Assembly: GCA_903882645.1 (NCBI GenBank)
Contig: CAIRXZ010000148.1
Coordinates: 6,554 to 70,553, forward strand
Origin: an uncultured Acidobacteriia bacterium
GTDB lineage: Bacteria > Acidobacteriota > Terriglobia > Bryobacterales > Bryobacteraceae
Reading direction: 5' to 3'
DNA: 64,000 bases
Positions 56,701-64,000 of this stretch are shown piece by piece; positions within the stretch are counted from its first letter, which is position 1, and each line of letters begins with the position of its first letter. The notes beneath the pieces were generated by a model. The model saw nothing but the letters and a program-made list of their open reading frames with translations, searched no databases and had not been told where the DNA came from. The translations under genes and the position numbers were made by a program.

Positions 56701-56968
56701 CGTCTACATAAGCGGCGTGTCTGTCGACGATCCCTACTTCAAGGAGTGCTGCAACGCGGATGGGTCGAACATCGATCACATCTACTATTCCGGGCTTGCG
56801 CCCGGACTCGCGGGCGTCTGGCAGATCAACGTGAAGATACCCGTGCTCGCCGGAGTCTCTTTTCAAAACTTCCCCGCCGGTCAGGTGCCCTTGTCCGTGA
56901 TGGTGAACGGCCTGAATTCGTACGACTATAACCAGGGCGGGTACTACACGACAATCTATATTCAGTAA
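53738..56968 (+). CDS. Large secreted NHL-repeat protein with Solibacter-type C-terminal domain
   Basis: ATG at 53738 with a signal peptide. More than 10 repeats of the NHL-like unit (P.G.AVD..G..YVAD.GNNRVL.F). The C-terminal ~230 aa (…VLLDGVATPLFMVSPTQINFVVP…YSGLAPGLAGVWQINVKIP…) match the TIGRFAMs uncharacterised Solibacter C-terminal domain pattern. Confidence 0.8.
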   Translation: MMRRHFPILLLALFGASAAWPQLLLNPVPSRTVGHPKTPLLEQNSLYSVSPNLVEGRELSAPQGIAVDTSLSPPAIYVADTGNNRVLGWKNAASFTNGQMADIVVGQVDFFTTWAQGPSSAAHAPGQGSPLQSGLNGPVGLAVFNGDLYVADAGNNRVLRYPQPFVNTNEIPNLVIGQPGMSTTAANFGASATTGPVSPYGLSLSGTRPNIAFDSSGNLWMTDPGNRRVLEFAAADVAKSGAGGLTAILEIGQNDFFSLRTNLNPNAGGVNFTANQFAVPSALAFDAAGRLYVADADASYPRNLSRVLVFAPPFSSGMSAARIMGVAQSGLSVTAIDATILADPEAVFFAGGQVGVVDSLDHRVLLFPAFEQWPAASSQVSPQATWVVGHNGDFTNFYPNNAALNATFVPAPSASVFYRPVGAAFANNQVYLTDASNNRVLALPLQAGTFGPATGVLGQYQFDTNSVNLIEGKELQLYWADSSGNLHVDGGLAIDSTGSPPHLYVADTYNNRVLGFKDLRNLSAGASADIVIGQSSGLYGVCNSPTGDANQPTNASLCGPVGLMVDSNGNLWVADRGNGRVLRFPAPFAQTGQPQADLVLGQQSFTGPKVSDATQNTLSAPNSVAMTPKGLLLVSDQNQNRVLVFQPVNGVFSSGQAAGLVLGQTDFRSTVAGSSLSSLSAPHGIAVDSSGRPYVVDTGNNRVLVYDVLDNNLYFPTSAALATFSLTGFSTPESVYVNPTTGEIWVADTSNGYYKRFPTYVTLVTNQATTAQIAAPSYTLAVAQDQWGNLVTADATNRVAFFYPGLTAQNAANNLSALSARALAPGAIASTFPSNAAVAFGATTADCGGQIPLPVTIANIQVLLDGVATPLFMVSPTQINFVVPMGARTSGYSNLQVVNAVTGQVYGAGLVMMGPVSPGLFVNPSTQTGTYRHVAAINYNDSSINGPGHPAIRGTWVELFGTGQGVVAGAPADGDVPTGPVPTSFRPTVYISGVSVDDPYFKECCNADGSNIDHIYYSGLAPGLAGVWQINVKIPVLAGVSFQNFPAGQVPLSVMVNGLNSYDYNQGGYYTTIYIQ

Positions 56969-56971
56969 CGC

Positions 56972-57610
56972 TCAAGCGTGCGGCCGCGGCCCGGAAGGGC
57001 CGGCCGCGCGTTCACGCTTCCGGACATACATGTTGCGGTCGGCTTCTTCCAGCGCGTCGCGCAACGGGCGTCCGTTCGCTTCGGCCGTCCCCCAACTGAA
57101 GGAAATCGGGAGCGCCCCCAAACCGCGCGCCTGGAAATCCTGCAAACGCGCTTCGATATCGGCCATGCGCTTGCTCGCCACCTCCGGGCGCTGGTTATGA
57201 AACAGGATCACGAATTCGTCGCCGCCCCAGCGGAAGGCCTCGTCTTCGTCGCGGATGGAAGCGTGCAGGAGGCGCCCGACGTTACGCAGGATTTCGTCTC
57301 CCGTCAGGTGCCCGTGGCGGTCGTTGATTTCCTTGAAATTGTCCATGTCGCAGACCGCCGCCACGCCTTCGAACGCCGCGGGTTCTTCGACGCGCCGCGC
57401 CAGCGCCGCCTGGTTCGACAAGCCCGTGAGGCGGTCCAGGTTGAGGTTCCGCGCGGCCTCGTGGCGCAGGCGCTCCAACTCGGCCTCAAGCCCGCGCATG
57501 CGGCGGGTCCGGCGCCGCCAGAGCAGTAGAAACAGCGTCCCGGCCAGCAGCGTTCCGCACGCCAGCGTGAAAAAGGCGGAGCCGTCGGAGACCGCGCCGG
57601 TCGGACCCAT
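56972..57610 (-). CDS. Membrane-anchored GGDEF diguanylate cyclase
   Basis: One TM helix, a coiled-coil stalk, then DRLTGLSN, DMDNFKEINDRHGH, an intact GGDEF motif and the RXXD-like context. Confidence 0.85.
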   Translation of the reverse strand: MGPTGAVSDGSAFFTLACGTLLAGTLFLLLWRRRTRRMRGLEAELERLRHEAARNLNLDRLTGLSNQAALARRVEEPAAFEGVAAVCDMDNFKEINDRHGHLTGDEILRNVGRLLHASIRDEDEAFRWGGDEFVILFHNQRPEVASKRMADIEARLQDFQARGLGALPISFSWGTAEANGRPLRDALEEADRNMYVRKRERAAGPSGPRPHA

Positions 57611-57613
57611 CCG

Positions 57614-58393
57614 CTAGCCTCCGCCGATAGCGTGGCGCCTCACCGCGCGCGCCTTGCCGCTGGTTTCATCCACGTCCACGATCACGGCGTGCAGCTCGGA
57701 CCCCTGCTTGGAGGCCTCCATGCGCACCGGCAGCGCGGTGAGAAACCGCCGGATGACGATGCCCGGGTCGACGCCGATGACGGAGTGGTACGGCCCCGTC
57801 ATGCCGCAATCCGTCTGGTACGCCGTGCCGCCGGGAAGAATGCGCGTGTCCGCCGTGGGAACGTGGGTGTGCGTGCCGACCACCGCCGAAACGCGGCCGT
57901 CCAGGTACCATCCCATGGCGATCTTCTCGCTCGTGACTTCGGCATGAAAGTCCACGAACCGCACCTTGACGGCCGGGTCCAGCGCCGCCAGGATCTGGTC
58001 GGCCTTGCGGAACGGGCAATCCGTATGGGGCATGTAGGTGCGGCCCTGGAGGTTCAGCACGGCGCACTCGACCCCGTTGTGCGCGCGCACCACCGCCACT
58101 CCGCCGCCCGGCGCGTCCGGGTAGTTGGCCGGCCGCAGCAGGCGGGGCTGGCGGTCCAGGTAGCCGTAGATCTCGCGCTTGTCCCAGATATGGTTTCCAG
58201 TCGTGAGCACGTCCAGCCCGAGCCCGAACAACTCCTCGGCCACCGGGGGCGTGATGCCGAAACCGCCCGCGGCGTTCTCCGCGTTCGCGACGGCCAGCTC
58301 GACGCGGTTCGTCTCCACGATATCCCGCAGGTGGTCGGCCACGATCCGCCGCCCGGAGGAGGCGAAAATATCCCCGACAAACAGAATGTTCAT
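57614..58393 (-). CDS. YmdB-family metallophosphoesterase
   Basis: MNILFVGDI(F)...GNHIWD...GTHTHVPTAD...DCGMTG motifs of the TIGR00282/YmdB family. Confidence 0.88.
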   Translation of the reverse strand: MNILFVGDIFASSGRRIVADHLRDIVETNRVELAVANAENAAGGFGITPPVAEELFGLGLDVLTTGNHIWDKREIYGYLDRQPRLLRPANYPDAPGGGVAVVRAHNGVECAVLNLQGRTYMPHTDCPFRKADQILAALDPAVKVRFVDFHAEVTSEKIAMGWYLDGRVSAVVGTHTHVPTADTRILPGGTAYQTDCGMTGPYHSVIGVDPGIVIRRFLTALPVRMEASKQGSELHAVIVDVDETSGKARAVRRHAIGGG

Positions 58394-58479
58394 GCCAGGA
58401 TTTCACGTTAGCAGGAATGACGCCACGCCAGTGGCGCGATGCCACATACTTTTCCCGTGAACGAACATCCGCATCGCCG

Positions 58480-58503
58480 GTGGGGCGGACCCCCGTGGTC
58501 CGC
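58480..58503 (-). repeat. Hairpin-GCCCCAC repeat (inverted)
   Basis: Reverse complement gcggaccacgggggtccgccccac. Confidence 0.7.
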
Positions 58504-58545
58504 GGCCGACGCACCCGCGGGCCTGCATGACCGCTCTCTTTTCGC

Positions 58546-60354
58546 TCAGCGGAACCCTTCCACCAGCATCAGGTTGGTTTCGCTCTGGTCCACCCGCGGA
58601 TAGAGGATGTACCTGGCGTCCGGCGAGATGGAGATGCCGGAGAGATTCAGTCCCTGCAACTCGAAGACCTGCGTGCTCTTGCGGGAGGTGAAATCGAAGA
58701 AACAGACCGACGGCGAAGCGGACATCAAGGCGCGAATGGCGTTGCGGCCGCCGCCGCCGCGCATGCCCATCCGGCTGCCATCGAATTCGACGTAATAGGC
58801 CCCCTTGGCGGTGACCAGGGCGCCGCCCAGGATCGTGCCGCGCTGGGATTGGAAGGCCTCTTCCTCCGCGCCGCCGCCGGCCGGAACGCGCCAGATGGCG
58901 CCCCACTTGGCGTAGTACACGTACTTCCCATCGGGCGACTCGTCAGGCAGCGAGGCGTTGCCCTGGGCGGTGAGCGCCTGCCCGTCGCCGCCGCCCGCCG
59001 CCGGCGCCTTCCAAATCCCGCCCCGCGACTGGTAGTAAATCGACTTCCCGTCGTGGGACCACGAGGCGCCGCTGCCGTTCAGCAGCACGCGCTTCGGTTC
59101 ACCGCCGGCGGCCGGCACGGTATCGACTTCCGGCACGTCGGCGGCGCGCAGAGTGAAGAGCAGCGTCTGTCCGTCGGGCGACCAGAGTGGGCGGTTTGGA
59201 GCCGCCCTGCCCTTGAAGCGGGTCAACTGCGCGCGATGGCCGCCATCGGCGTCGCTCACCCAGATTTCATCCGCGCCGGTCTGGTCCGAAATGTCTGCGA
59301 TCTTCCGTCCGTCGGGCGAATAAGCGGGCGCGGCCTCGCGGCCCGGGGAGCGGATCAGCGACTGGCATTTTGAGGCATCGCCGCCCAGTTCCGCCCGCCA
59401 GACGGCCGAGACCGACGGGCTGTTGGTGTACGCCAGGCGGCCTCCCGCGGAGGCTGCCGCGGGATACTGCGCATTCTCGCGCGCAAAGCCAAGGTCGCGT
59501 GGGCTGCCGCCGGCCGCCGGGAGCCGCCACAAGCGCCATGATCCCATTCGATAACCGGCGTAAACCAGGTGGCTGCCGTCCGGGGTCCAGGCGATCCCGC
59601 GGATGCCCCGGCCGTCGAAGGTGAGCCGCTGGAGATTGCCGCCCTGGAGATCGCAAGTGAAGATGTCGGCGTCGGCGGCGTCGTTCGCGATGATGGCGCT
59701 GCGCACGAAGGCGACGGTCTTGCCGTCGGGAGAGACAGCCGGCGTCGAATCGCCTTGCGAGCCTTGCGGCGGATTGGTCAGACGCTTTGGAGCGCCGCCT
59801 TCGGCCGGGACCAGCGCGATGGCGGCCAACTGGTCTTCGGCCGCCACCACGACCGCCAGAGACTTGCCATCGGGGGTCCAGGCGGCCGCCGGAAACGGCT
59901 GATCCATACCCGCGGCCGGGGCGCAATCCGCCACTTTCCGTTCCTCGGCGCCCGCCGAGGCGTTCGCCCGCTTGGCCGCCGGGACCACCATGCACGCGCC
60001 GCCTTCTTCCTCCAGGCGCAAGAAGGCGATGCTCGCGCCATCGGGCGACCAGACCGGGCCGATATCGCTGCCGTTCCCAGCGGTCAACTGGCGTTCCTCG
60101 CCGGACGGGAGGTCGCGGATGAACACATGGAAGCCTCCATTCCTGGTGGGCCGGGCGCTGTAGGCTAGGCGCTTGCCATCCGGCGAGAACGAAGGGTACG
60201 CCTCCGCCCCGCGCGCAGCGGCCAGCGGGACGGGTTTCTTCGCCGAATCCGGGCCGCCCGCGAGTCTGCTGAGAATGCTCACCACCGCGGCGACGGCGCA
60301 CAAAGCCAGGATGAGCAGGACTGCCGGGCGGCGGAAGAACGAGCGGGAGGACAT
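58546..60354 (-). CDS. TolB-like WD40 beta-propeller repeat protein, membrane anchored
   Basis: Inner ATG at 60354. TM anchor followed by many PD40-type repeats (P.FSPDGK.LAY / WSPDG..I.F). Confidence 0.8.
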   Translation of the reverse strand: MSSRSFFRRPAVLLILALCAVAAVVSILSRLAGGPDSAKKPVPLAAARGAEAYPSFSPDGKRLAYSARPTRNGGFHVFIRDLPSGEERQLTAGNGSDIGPVWSPDGASIAFLRLEEEGGACMVVPAAKRANASAGAEERKVADCAPAAGMDQPFPAAAWTPDGKSLAVVVAAEDQLAAIALVPAEGGAPKRLTNPPQGSQGDSTPAVSPDGKTVAFVRSAIIANDAADADIFTCDLQGGNLQRLTFDGRGIRGIAWTPDGSHLVYAGYRMGSWRLWRLPAAGGSPRDLGFARENAQYPAAASAGGRLAYTNSPSVSAVWRAELGGDASKCQSLIRSPGREAAPAYSPDGRKIADISDQTGADEIWVSDADGGHRAQLTRFKGRAAPNRPLWSPDGQTLLFTLRAADVPEVDTVPAAGGEPKRVLLNGSGASWSHDGKSIYYQSRGGIWKAPAAGGGDGQALTAQGNASLPDESPDGKYVYYAKWGAIWRVPAGGGAEEEAFQSQRGTILGGALVTAKGAYYVEFDGSRMGMRGGGGRNAIRALMSASPSVCFFDFTSRKSTQVFELQGLNLSGISISPDARYILYPRVDQSETNLMLVEGFR

Positions 60355-60574
60355 GGTTCGATTATCGCAAGGGATACGCGCCGGTGGCCGGTAATGTTCC
60401 CTGGCATGCATGTCTCCGCCGTGGCGGCCGGGCATGCCCGCCTCCCGCCTGGCGACCGAAACGTCCCGGGAAAGACCCGTGACCGCAAGAGAGCGGCGCT
60501 CGCACGCCATGCCGCACTCCCGTTCCGTCCGGGGCCGCCGCGGGCGCCCGGCGGGCGCCTGCTACCATCTAGGC

Positions 60575-61351
60575 ATGGAAGACGACGGACTTTTCTCTCT
60601 GGCGGGCCGGACGGCCGTGGTGATCGGAGGAGGCGGCGTGCTGGCCGGCGCAATGGCGGCGGGCCTGGCGAGAGCCGGGGCCGATATCGTCGTCGTGGAT
60701 GTGAACCTGGAGAACGCCGCGGCCCGCGCCCAATCCATCGCGGCGCTGGGACGCCGGGCTATCGGCGTTCGCTGCGACGCCACCAGCAAGGCGGATCTCG
60801 AGAACGCGCTGGCGGCCGCGATGGCGCGCTTCGGGCGCGTGGACATCCTGATCAACGCGGCGGGCGTGAACTCGGGCACGCCCTTCTTCGAGATCGGCGA
60901 GGCGGAGTGGCAGCGGATTTTGGATATCGACCTGAAGAGCGTCTTTCTGGCGTGCCAAGTGTTCGGCAAGGCCATGGTGGACGCGGGCCGCGGCGGGTCC
61001 ATCATCAACATCTCTTCGGCTTCGGCGGGCCCGCCGTTATCCAAGGTTTTCACCTACGGGATTGCGAAGGCGGGAATCAACCAGATCACGCAGTTCCTGG
61101 CAAGGGACCTGGCGCCGCACAACGTTCGCGTGAACGCCATCCAACCGGGCTTCTTTCCGGCCGAGCAAAACCGCAAGCTGCTCACCGAGGAACGGGTGGC
61201 CAGCATCCTGACGCACACGCCCATGAACCGGTTCGGGGAAAGCGAAGAGTTGGTGGGAGCGGCGGTGTACCTGGCGTCTTCGCGGGCGTCGTCGTTCGTG
61301 ACCGGGTCGATTCTAAGGGTGGACGGCGGATTCCTGGCCATGACGATTTGA
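60575..61351 (+). CDS. SDR-family oxidoreductase (possible mannonate/uronate-pathway dehydrogenase)
   Basis: Inner ATG at 60575. GGGGVLAG cofactor motif, NAAG, and YxxxK (YGIAKAG). Adjacent to UxaC-like and ExuT-like genes. Confidence 0.8.
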   Translation: MEDDGLFSLAGRTAVVIGGGGVLAGAMAAGLARAGADIVVVDVNLENAAARAQSIAALGRRAIGVRCDATSKADLENALAAAMARFGRVDILINAAGVNSGTPFFEIGEAEWQRILDIDLKSVFLACQVFGKAMVDAGRGGSIINISSASAGPPLSKVFTYGIAKAGINQITQFLARDLAPHNVRVNAIQPGFFPAEQNRKLLTEERVASILTHTPMNRFGESEELVGAAVYLASSRASSFVTGSILRVDGGFLAMTI

Positions 61352-61381
61352 AGCCGGGCGCCGGACCGTCCCACGGGTCTG

Positions 61382-61447
61382 GTGGCGCGGACGATCGTTT
61401 TTCGTCGTCTGCGTCGGCAGGCCACAAGAAACGATGGCCTGCCCCAC
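61382..61447. repeat. Inverted pair of hairpin-GCCCCAC repeats
   Basis: 61382..61412 (inverted, degenerate: gcagacgacgaaaaacgatcgtccgcgccac) and 61416..61447 (ggcaggccacaagaaacgatggcctgccccac). Same paired layout as 36308..36392. Confidence 0.8.
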
Positions 61448-61555
61448 TGTCTGGCTGTGTCCTGGACGCTACGCCGGCATCGTTCTCATCCGCTCAACGG
61501 TCCCTTGAGCGATTCTGGTTTGACACGGCCCGCCGGTGGGGACTACAGTGCCGGT

Positions 61556-62842
61556 ATGTCATCTGTCATCGCGGGCGACAAAACCCGCTCCGCAGTTCCG
61601 TTGCCGCCCGGCGAGATGCAGTCCGTTGTGGAGGAAGAACTCTGGGCCGCGGCGTTCATCGACATTCATACCCACCTGTTCATGCCCTCGCTGGGTGAGA
61701 ACGGACTTTGGGGCATCGACAACCTGATCACCTATCACTACCTGGAAGCCGAACTCTTCCGCTCTTCGCCCATCGCGCCGGGAGAGTACTTCCAGCTTTC
61801 CAAGCGCGAGAAGGCCGACACGATCTGGCGCGCGCTGTTCGTGGAGCATGCGCCGGTGTCGGAAGCCACGCGGGGGGTTGTCGCGGTGTTGAATGCGTTC
61901 GGACTCTCCGCGGAGAGCCGCGACCTGACCGAGGCGCGCGAGTTCTTCGAGCACCGGACGCTGGACGCGCACATCAGCCGCGTCTTCCAGTTGGCGGGCA
62001 TTAGCGAGGCGGTGATGACCAACGACCCGCTCGACCCGGACGAGGCCCCCCTGTGGGAGCGCGGAGCGGCCCCCGACTCGCGGTTTTACCCGGTCCTGCG
62101 GCTCGACCGCATCCTGGAGAAATGGCCCGAGCACTGGCAGGCGCTCGAAGGCCGGGGTTACCGCGTGGACGCCAACGCCGGCGGCGGATCGGCGGACGAG
62201 GTGCGGCGATTCCTCGCGGAATGGGTCGAGCGAATGCGCCCCGTGTACATGGCGGTTTCCCTGACCGACACGTTCCAGTTCCCGGAGGACTCGGTGCGCG
62301 CGCGTCTTCTCTCCGGGGCCGTTCTGCCGGCCTGCCGCGAGTTCGGCATCCCGCTTTCGCTGATGATCGGCGTGCGGCGCCTGGTGAACCCGGCCTTGCG
62401 CCTGGCGGGCGACGCGGTGGGAAAGGCCGACCTCCGCGCGGTGGAGTACCTGTGCCGCGAATATCCCGGCAACCGCTTCCTGGTAAGCGCGCTCAGCCGC
62501 GAGAACCAGCACGAGCTGTGCGTCTACGCTCGCAAATTCGCAAACCTCATGCCGTTCGGGTGCTGGTGGTTCCTCAACAACCCGTCGGTCGTAGAGGAGA
62601 TGACCAGGGAGCGCCTGGAGATGCTCGGGACCACCTTCATTCCGCAGCATTCCGACGCGCGTATTCTGGAGCAGGTGATCTATAAGTGGAAGAATACGCG
62701 GCGAACCATGGCGCCGATTCTTGCTAACTGCTACCGTCTTATGTCCGAGGATGGCCGGCCCGCGACGCGCGAGGACATCCGGAGCGATATCGCCCGGCTG
62801 TTCCGCACGAATTTCGAACTCTTCGCCGGGCTTCGGAAATAG
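61556..62842 (+). CDS. Glucuronate isomerase-family amidohydrolase (UxaC-like, divergent)
   Basis: Inner ATG at 61556. IDIHTHL metal-binding opening and FGCWWFLNNP near the C-terminus parallel the UxaC DYHCHL and GSGWWFND motifs. Confidence 0.6.
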   Translation: MSSVIAGDKTRSAVPLPPGEMQSVVEEELWAAAFIDIHTHLFMPSLGENGLWGIDNLITYHYLEAELFRSSPIAPGEYFQLSKREKADTIWRALFVEHAPVSEATRGVVAVLNAFGLSAESRDLTEAREFFEHRTLDAHISRVFQLAGISEAVMTNDPLDPDEAPLWERGAAPDSRFYPVLRLDRILEKWPEHWQALEGRGYRVDANAGGGSADEVRRFLAEWVERMRPVYMAVSLTDTFQFPEDSVRARLLSGAVLPACREFGIPLSLMIGVRRLVNPALRLAGDAVGKADLRAVEYLCREYPGNRFLVSALSRENQHELCVYARKFANLMPFGCWWFLNNPSVVEEMTRERLEMLGTTFIPQHSDARILEQVIYKWKNTRRTMAPILANCYRLMSEDGRPATREDIRSDIARLFRTNFELFAGLRK

Positions 62843-62860
62843 AACGCCCGGAGGATATCC

Positions 62861-64000
62861 ATGACAGCTTCCATGGCCGGGGCCGGGGCGCGCATGTCGC
62901 GCGTCCGCTGGACCGTCTGCGCGCTGCTGTTCTTCGCCACCACTATTAGCTACCTGGACCGCCAGGTCCTCAGCTTTCTTGCAAAGACGCTCGAGACGAG
63001 CCTCGGCTGGAACAGCATTCAGTACGGCTACATCACGGCCGCATTCTCGGCGGCCTACGCCATCGGGCTGCTGATCGCCGGGCGGCTGATGGACAAGCTG
63101 GGCACGCGCCGGGGGTTCGCGCTGGCGATGGGGGTATGGAGCCTGGCCGCCGCCGCGCATGCGGCCGCCGCCACGAAGTTGGCCCTGCGGTCGGCCGCCT
63201 TTGCCGTGCATCTGTGCGACGCGGCCTACGGCTTTGTTTGGGGCCTGTTCCACGGAGGCGGAGGCGCGGGGCACATCGCGGCGTCCCGCGTCGTGCTGGT
63301 CTGCATTACGTTTGGCGCCGCCCGGGTCCTGTTAGGTCTGGGCGAATCGGCCAACTTTCCCGCCTGCATCAAGACCCTGGCCGAGTGGTTTCCCAAGCGC
63401 GAACGCGCGCTGGCGGCGGGCGTGTTCAATTCCGGCTCGAACGTCGGCGCCATTGTCGCGCCGCTCGTGGTTCCCTGGCTGGCCGTTTCATTCGGTTGGC
63501 AATCGGCCTTCATCGCCTCGGGATCTCTGGGCTTCGTCTGGATCGCGTTCTGGCTTGTCGTATACCGCAAACCGGCGCGGCACAAGAAAGTGTCCGCCGC
63601 GGAACTGGCTTACATCGAGAGCGACCCGCCCGACGCGCTGGAATCCGTTCCGTGGCGCAGGCTTTTTCCCAAGAGTGGAACCTGGGCCTACGGGCTGGGC
63701 AAATTCCTGACCGACCCGGTCTGGTGGTTCTATCTCTTCTGGCTGCCCAAGTACCTTCAGGAGACTTTCCACTTGTCTCTGACCCAGGTCATTCTGCCCA
63801 TGATCGTGGTTTACAACATGTCCACCGTGGGCAGCGTCGGAGGCGGATGGCTGTCCTCGGGGCTGATCGAGCGAGGCTGGACGGTGAACTCCGCGCGCAA
63901 GACGGCAATGCTGGGTTGCGCGTTGTGCGTCCTGCCCGTTCTGTACGCGCCTTTCTGCAAAAGCCTGTGGGTGATGCTGGCCCTGGTTGGACTCGGCATG
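62861..64000 (+). CDS. MFS transporter, hexuronate (ExuT)-like; 3'-truncated by the window edge
   Basis: Not in the ORF track because it runs off the window. Hand translation from ATG 62861 (GGAGG SD) gives MTASMAGAGARMSRVRWTVCALLFFATTISYLDRQVLSF...GLGESANFPACIKTLAEWFPKRERALAAGVFNSGSNVGA, which is typical of ExuT/ACS-family MFS. Open for all 380 codons. Confidence 0.8.
   Translation, partial: MTASMAGAGARMSRVRWTVCALLFFATTISYLDRQVLSFLAKTLETSLGWNSIQYGYITAAFSAAYAIGLLIAGRLMDKLGTRRGFALAMGVWSLAAAAHAAAATKLALRSAAFAVHLCDAAYGFVWGLFHGGGGAGHIAASRVVLVCITFGAARVLLGLGESANFPACIKTLAEWFPKRERALAAGVFNSGSNVGAIVAPLVVPWLAVSFGWQSAFIASGSLGFVWIAFWLVVYRKPARHKKVSAAELAYIESDPPDALESVPWRRLFPKSGTWAYGLGKFLTDPVWWFYLFWLPKYLQETFHLSLTQVILPMIVVYNMSTVGSVGGGWLSSGLIERGWTVNSARKTAMLGCALCVLPVLYAPFCKSLWVMLALVGLGM

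Overview
This is a GC-rich, densely coding bacterial chromosome segment. An NHL-repeat protein with the Solibacter-type C-terminal domain, an acidobacterial-type VWA protein, exosortase plus EpsI, futalosine-pathway mqnA and many intergenic hairpin repeats suggest an Acidobacteriota (Bryobacter/Solibacter-like) genome; that is inference only. Gene order: DksA-like zinc finger, orphan MacB-type permease, polytopic membrane protein, fabF-acpP, cytoplasmic hybrid histidine kinase, EpsI plus exosortase, LMW phosphatase, pdxT-pdxS with a MocR/PdxR-like regulator. Then a ~1 kb non-coding scar holding a frameshifted DNA-methyltransferase N-terminal remnant and repeats. Next a PspA/IM30 membrane-stress module (YjfI-like, PspA, DUF4178-like, unknown 511-aa protein), NatAB-like ABC exporter, Gfo/Idh/MocA oxidoreductase, transketolase, FecR-like protein, moeA-moaC-mog, VWA protein, an OmpR/HK two-component unit with secreted proteins and a six-fold zinc-ribbon membrane protein, a large GT-C-like membrane protein and a TPR protein. 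The most interesting block (37.9-46.6 kb) is a translationally coupled FHA - PP2C - Ser/Thr kinase - fused SEDS::class-B-PBP - FHA cluster. It has the parts list of the actinobacterial fhaA-pstP-rodA-pbpA-pkn operon but unusual domain fusions. A tRNA-Asn...tRNA-Leu islet follows (IS1634-like IS, dual-specificity phosphatase, IHF/HU, excisionase, tyrosine integrase). The window ends with secG, mqnA, a 1077-aa NHL protein, GGDEF-ymdB, a TolB-like propeller protein and a hexuronate cluster (SDR, UxaC-like, partial ExuT-like MFS). Several short hairpin-repeat families are dispersed in intergenic regions, including REP-like GTAG-palindromes and hairpins ending in GCCCCAC. No rRNA or CRISPR array was seen. 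Many long ORFs in the six-frame track are antisense shadows of real genes.
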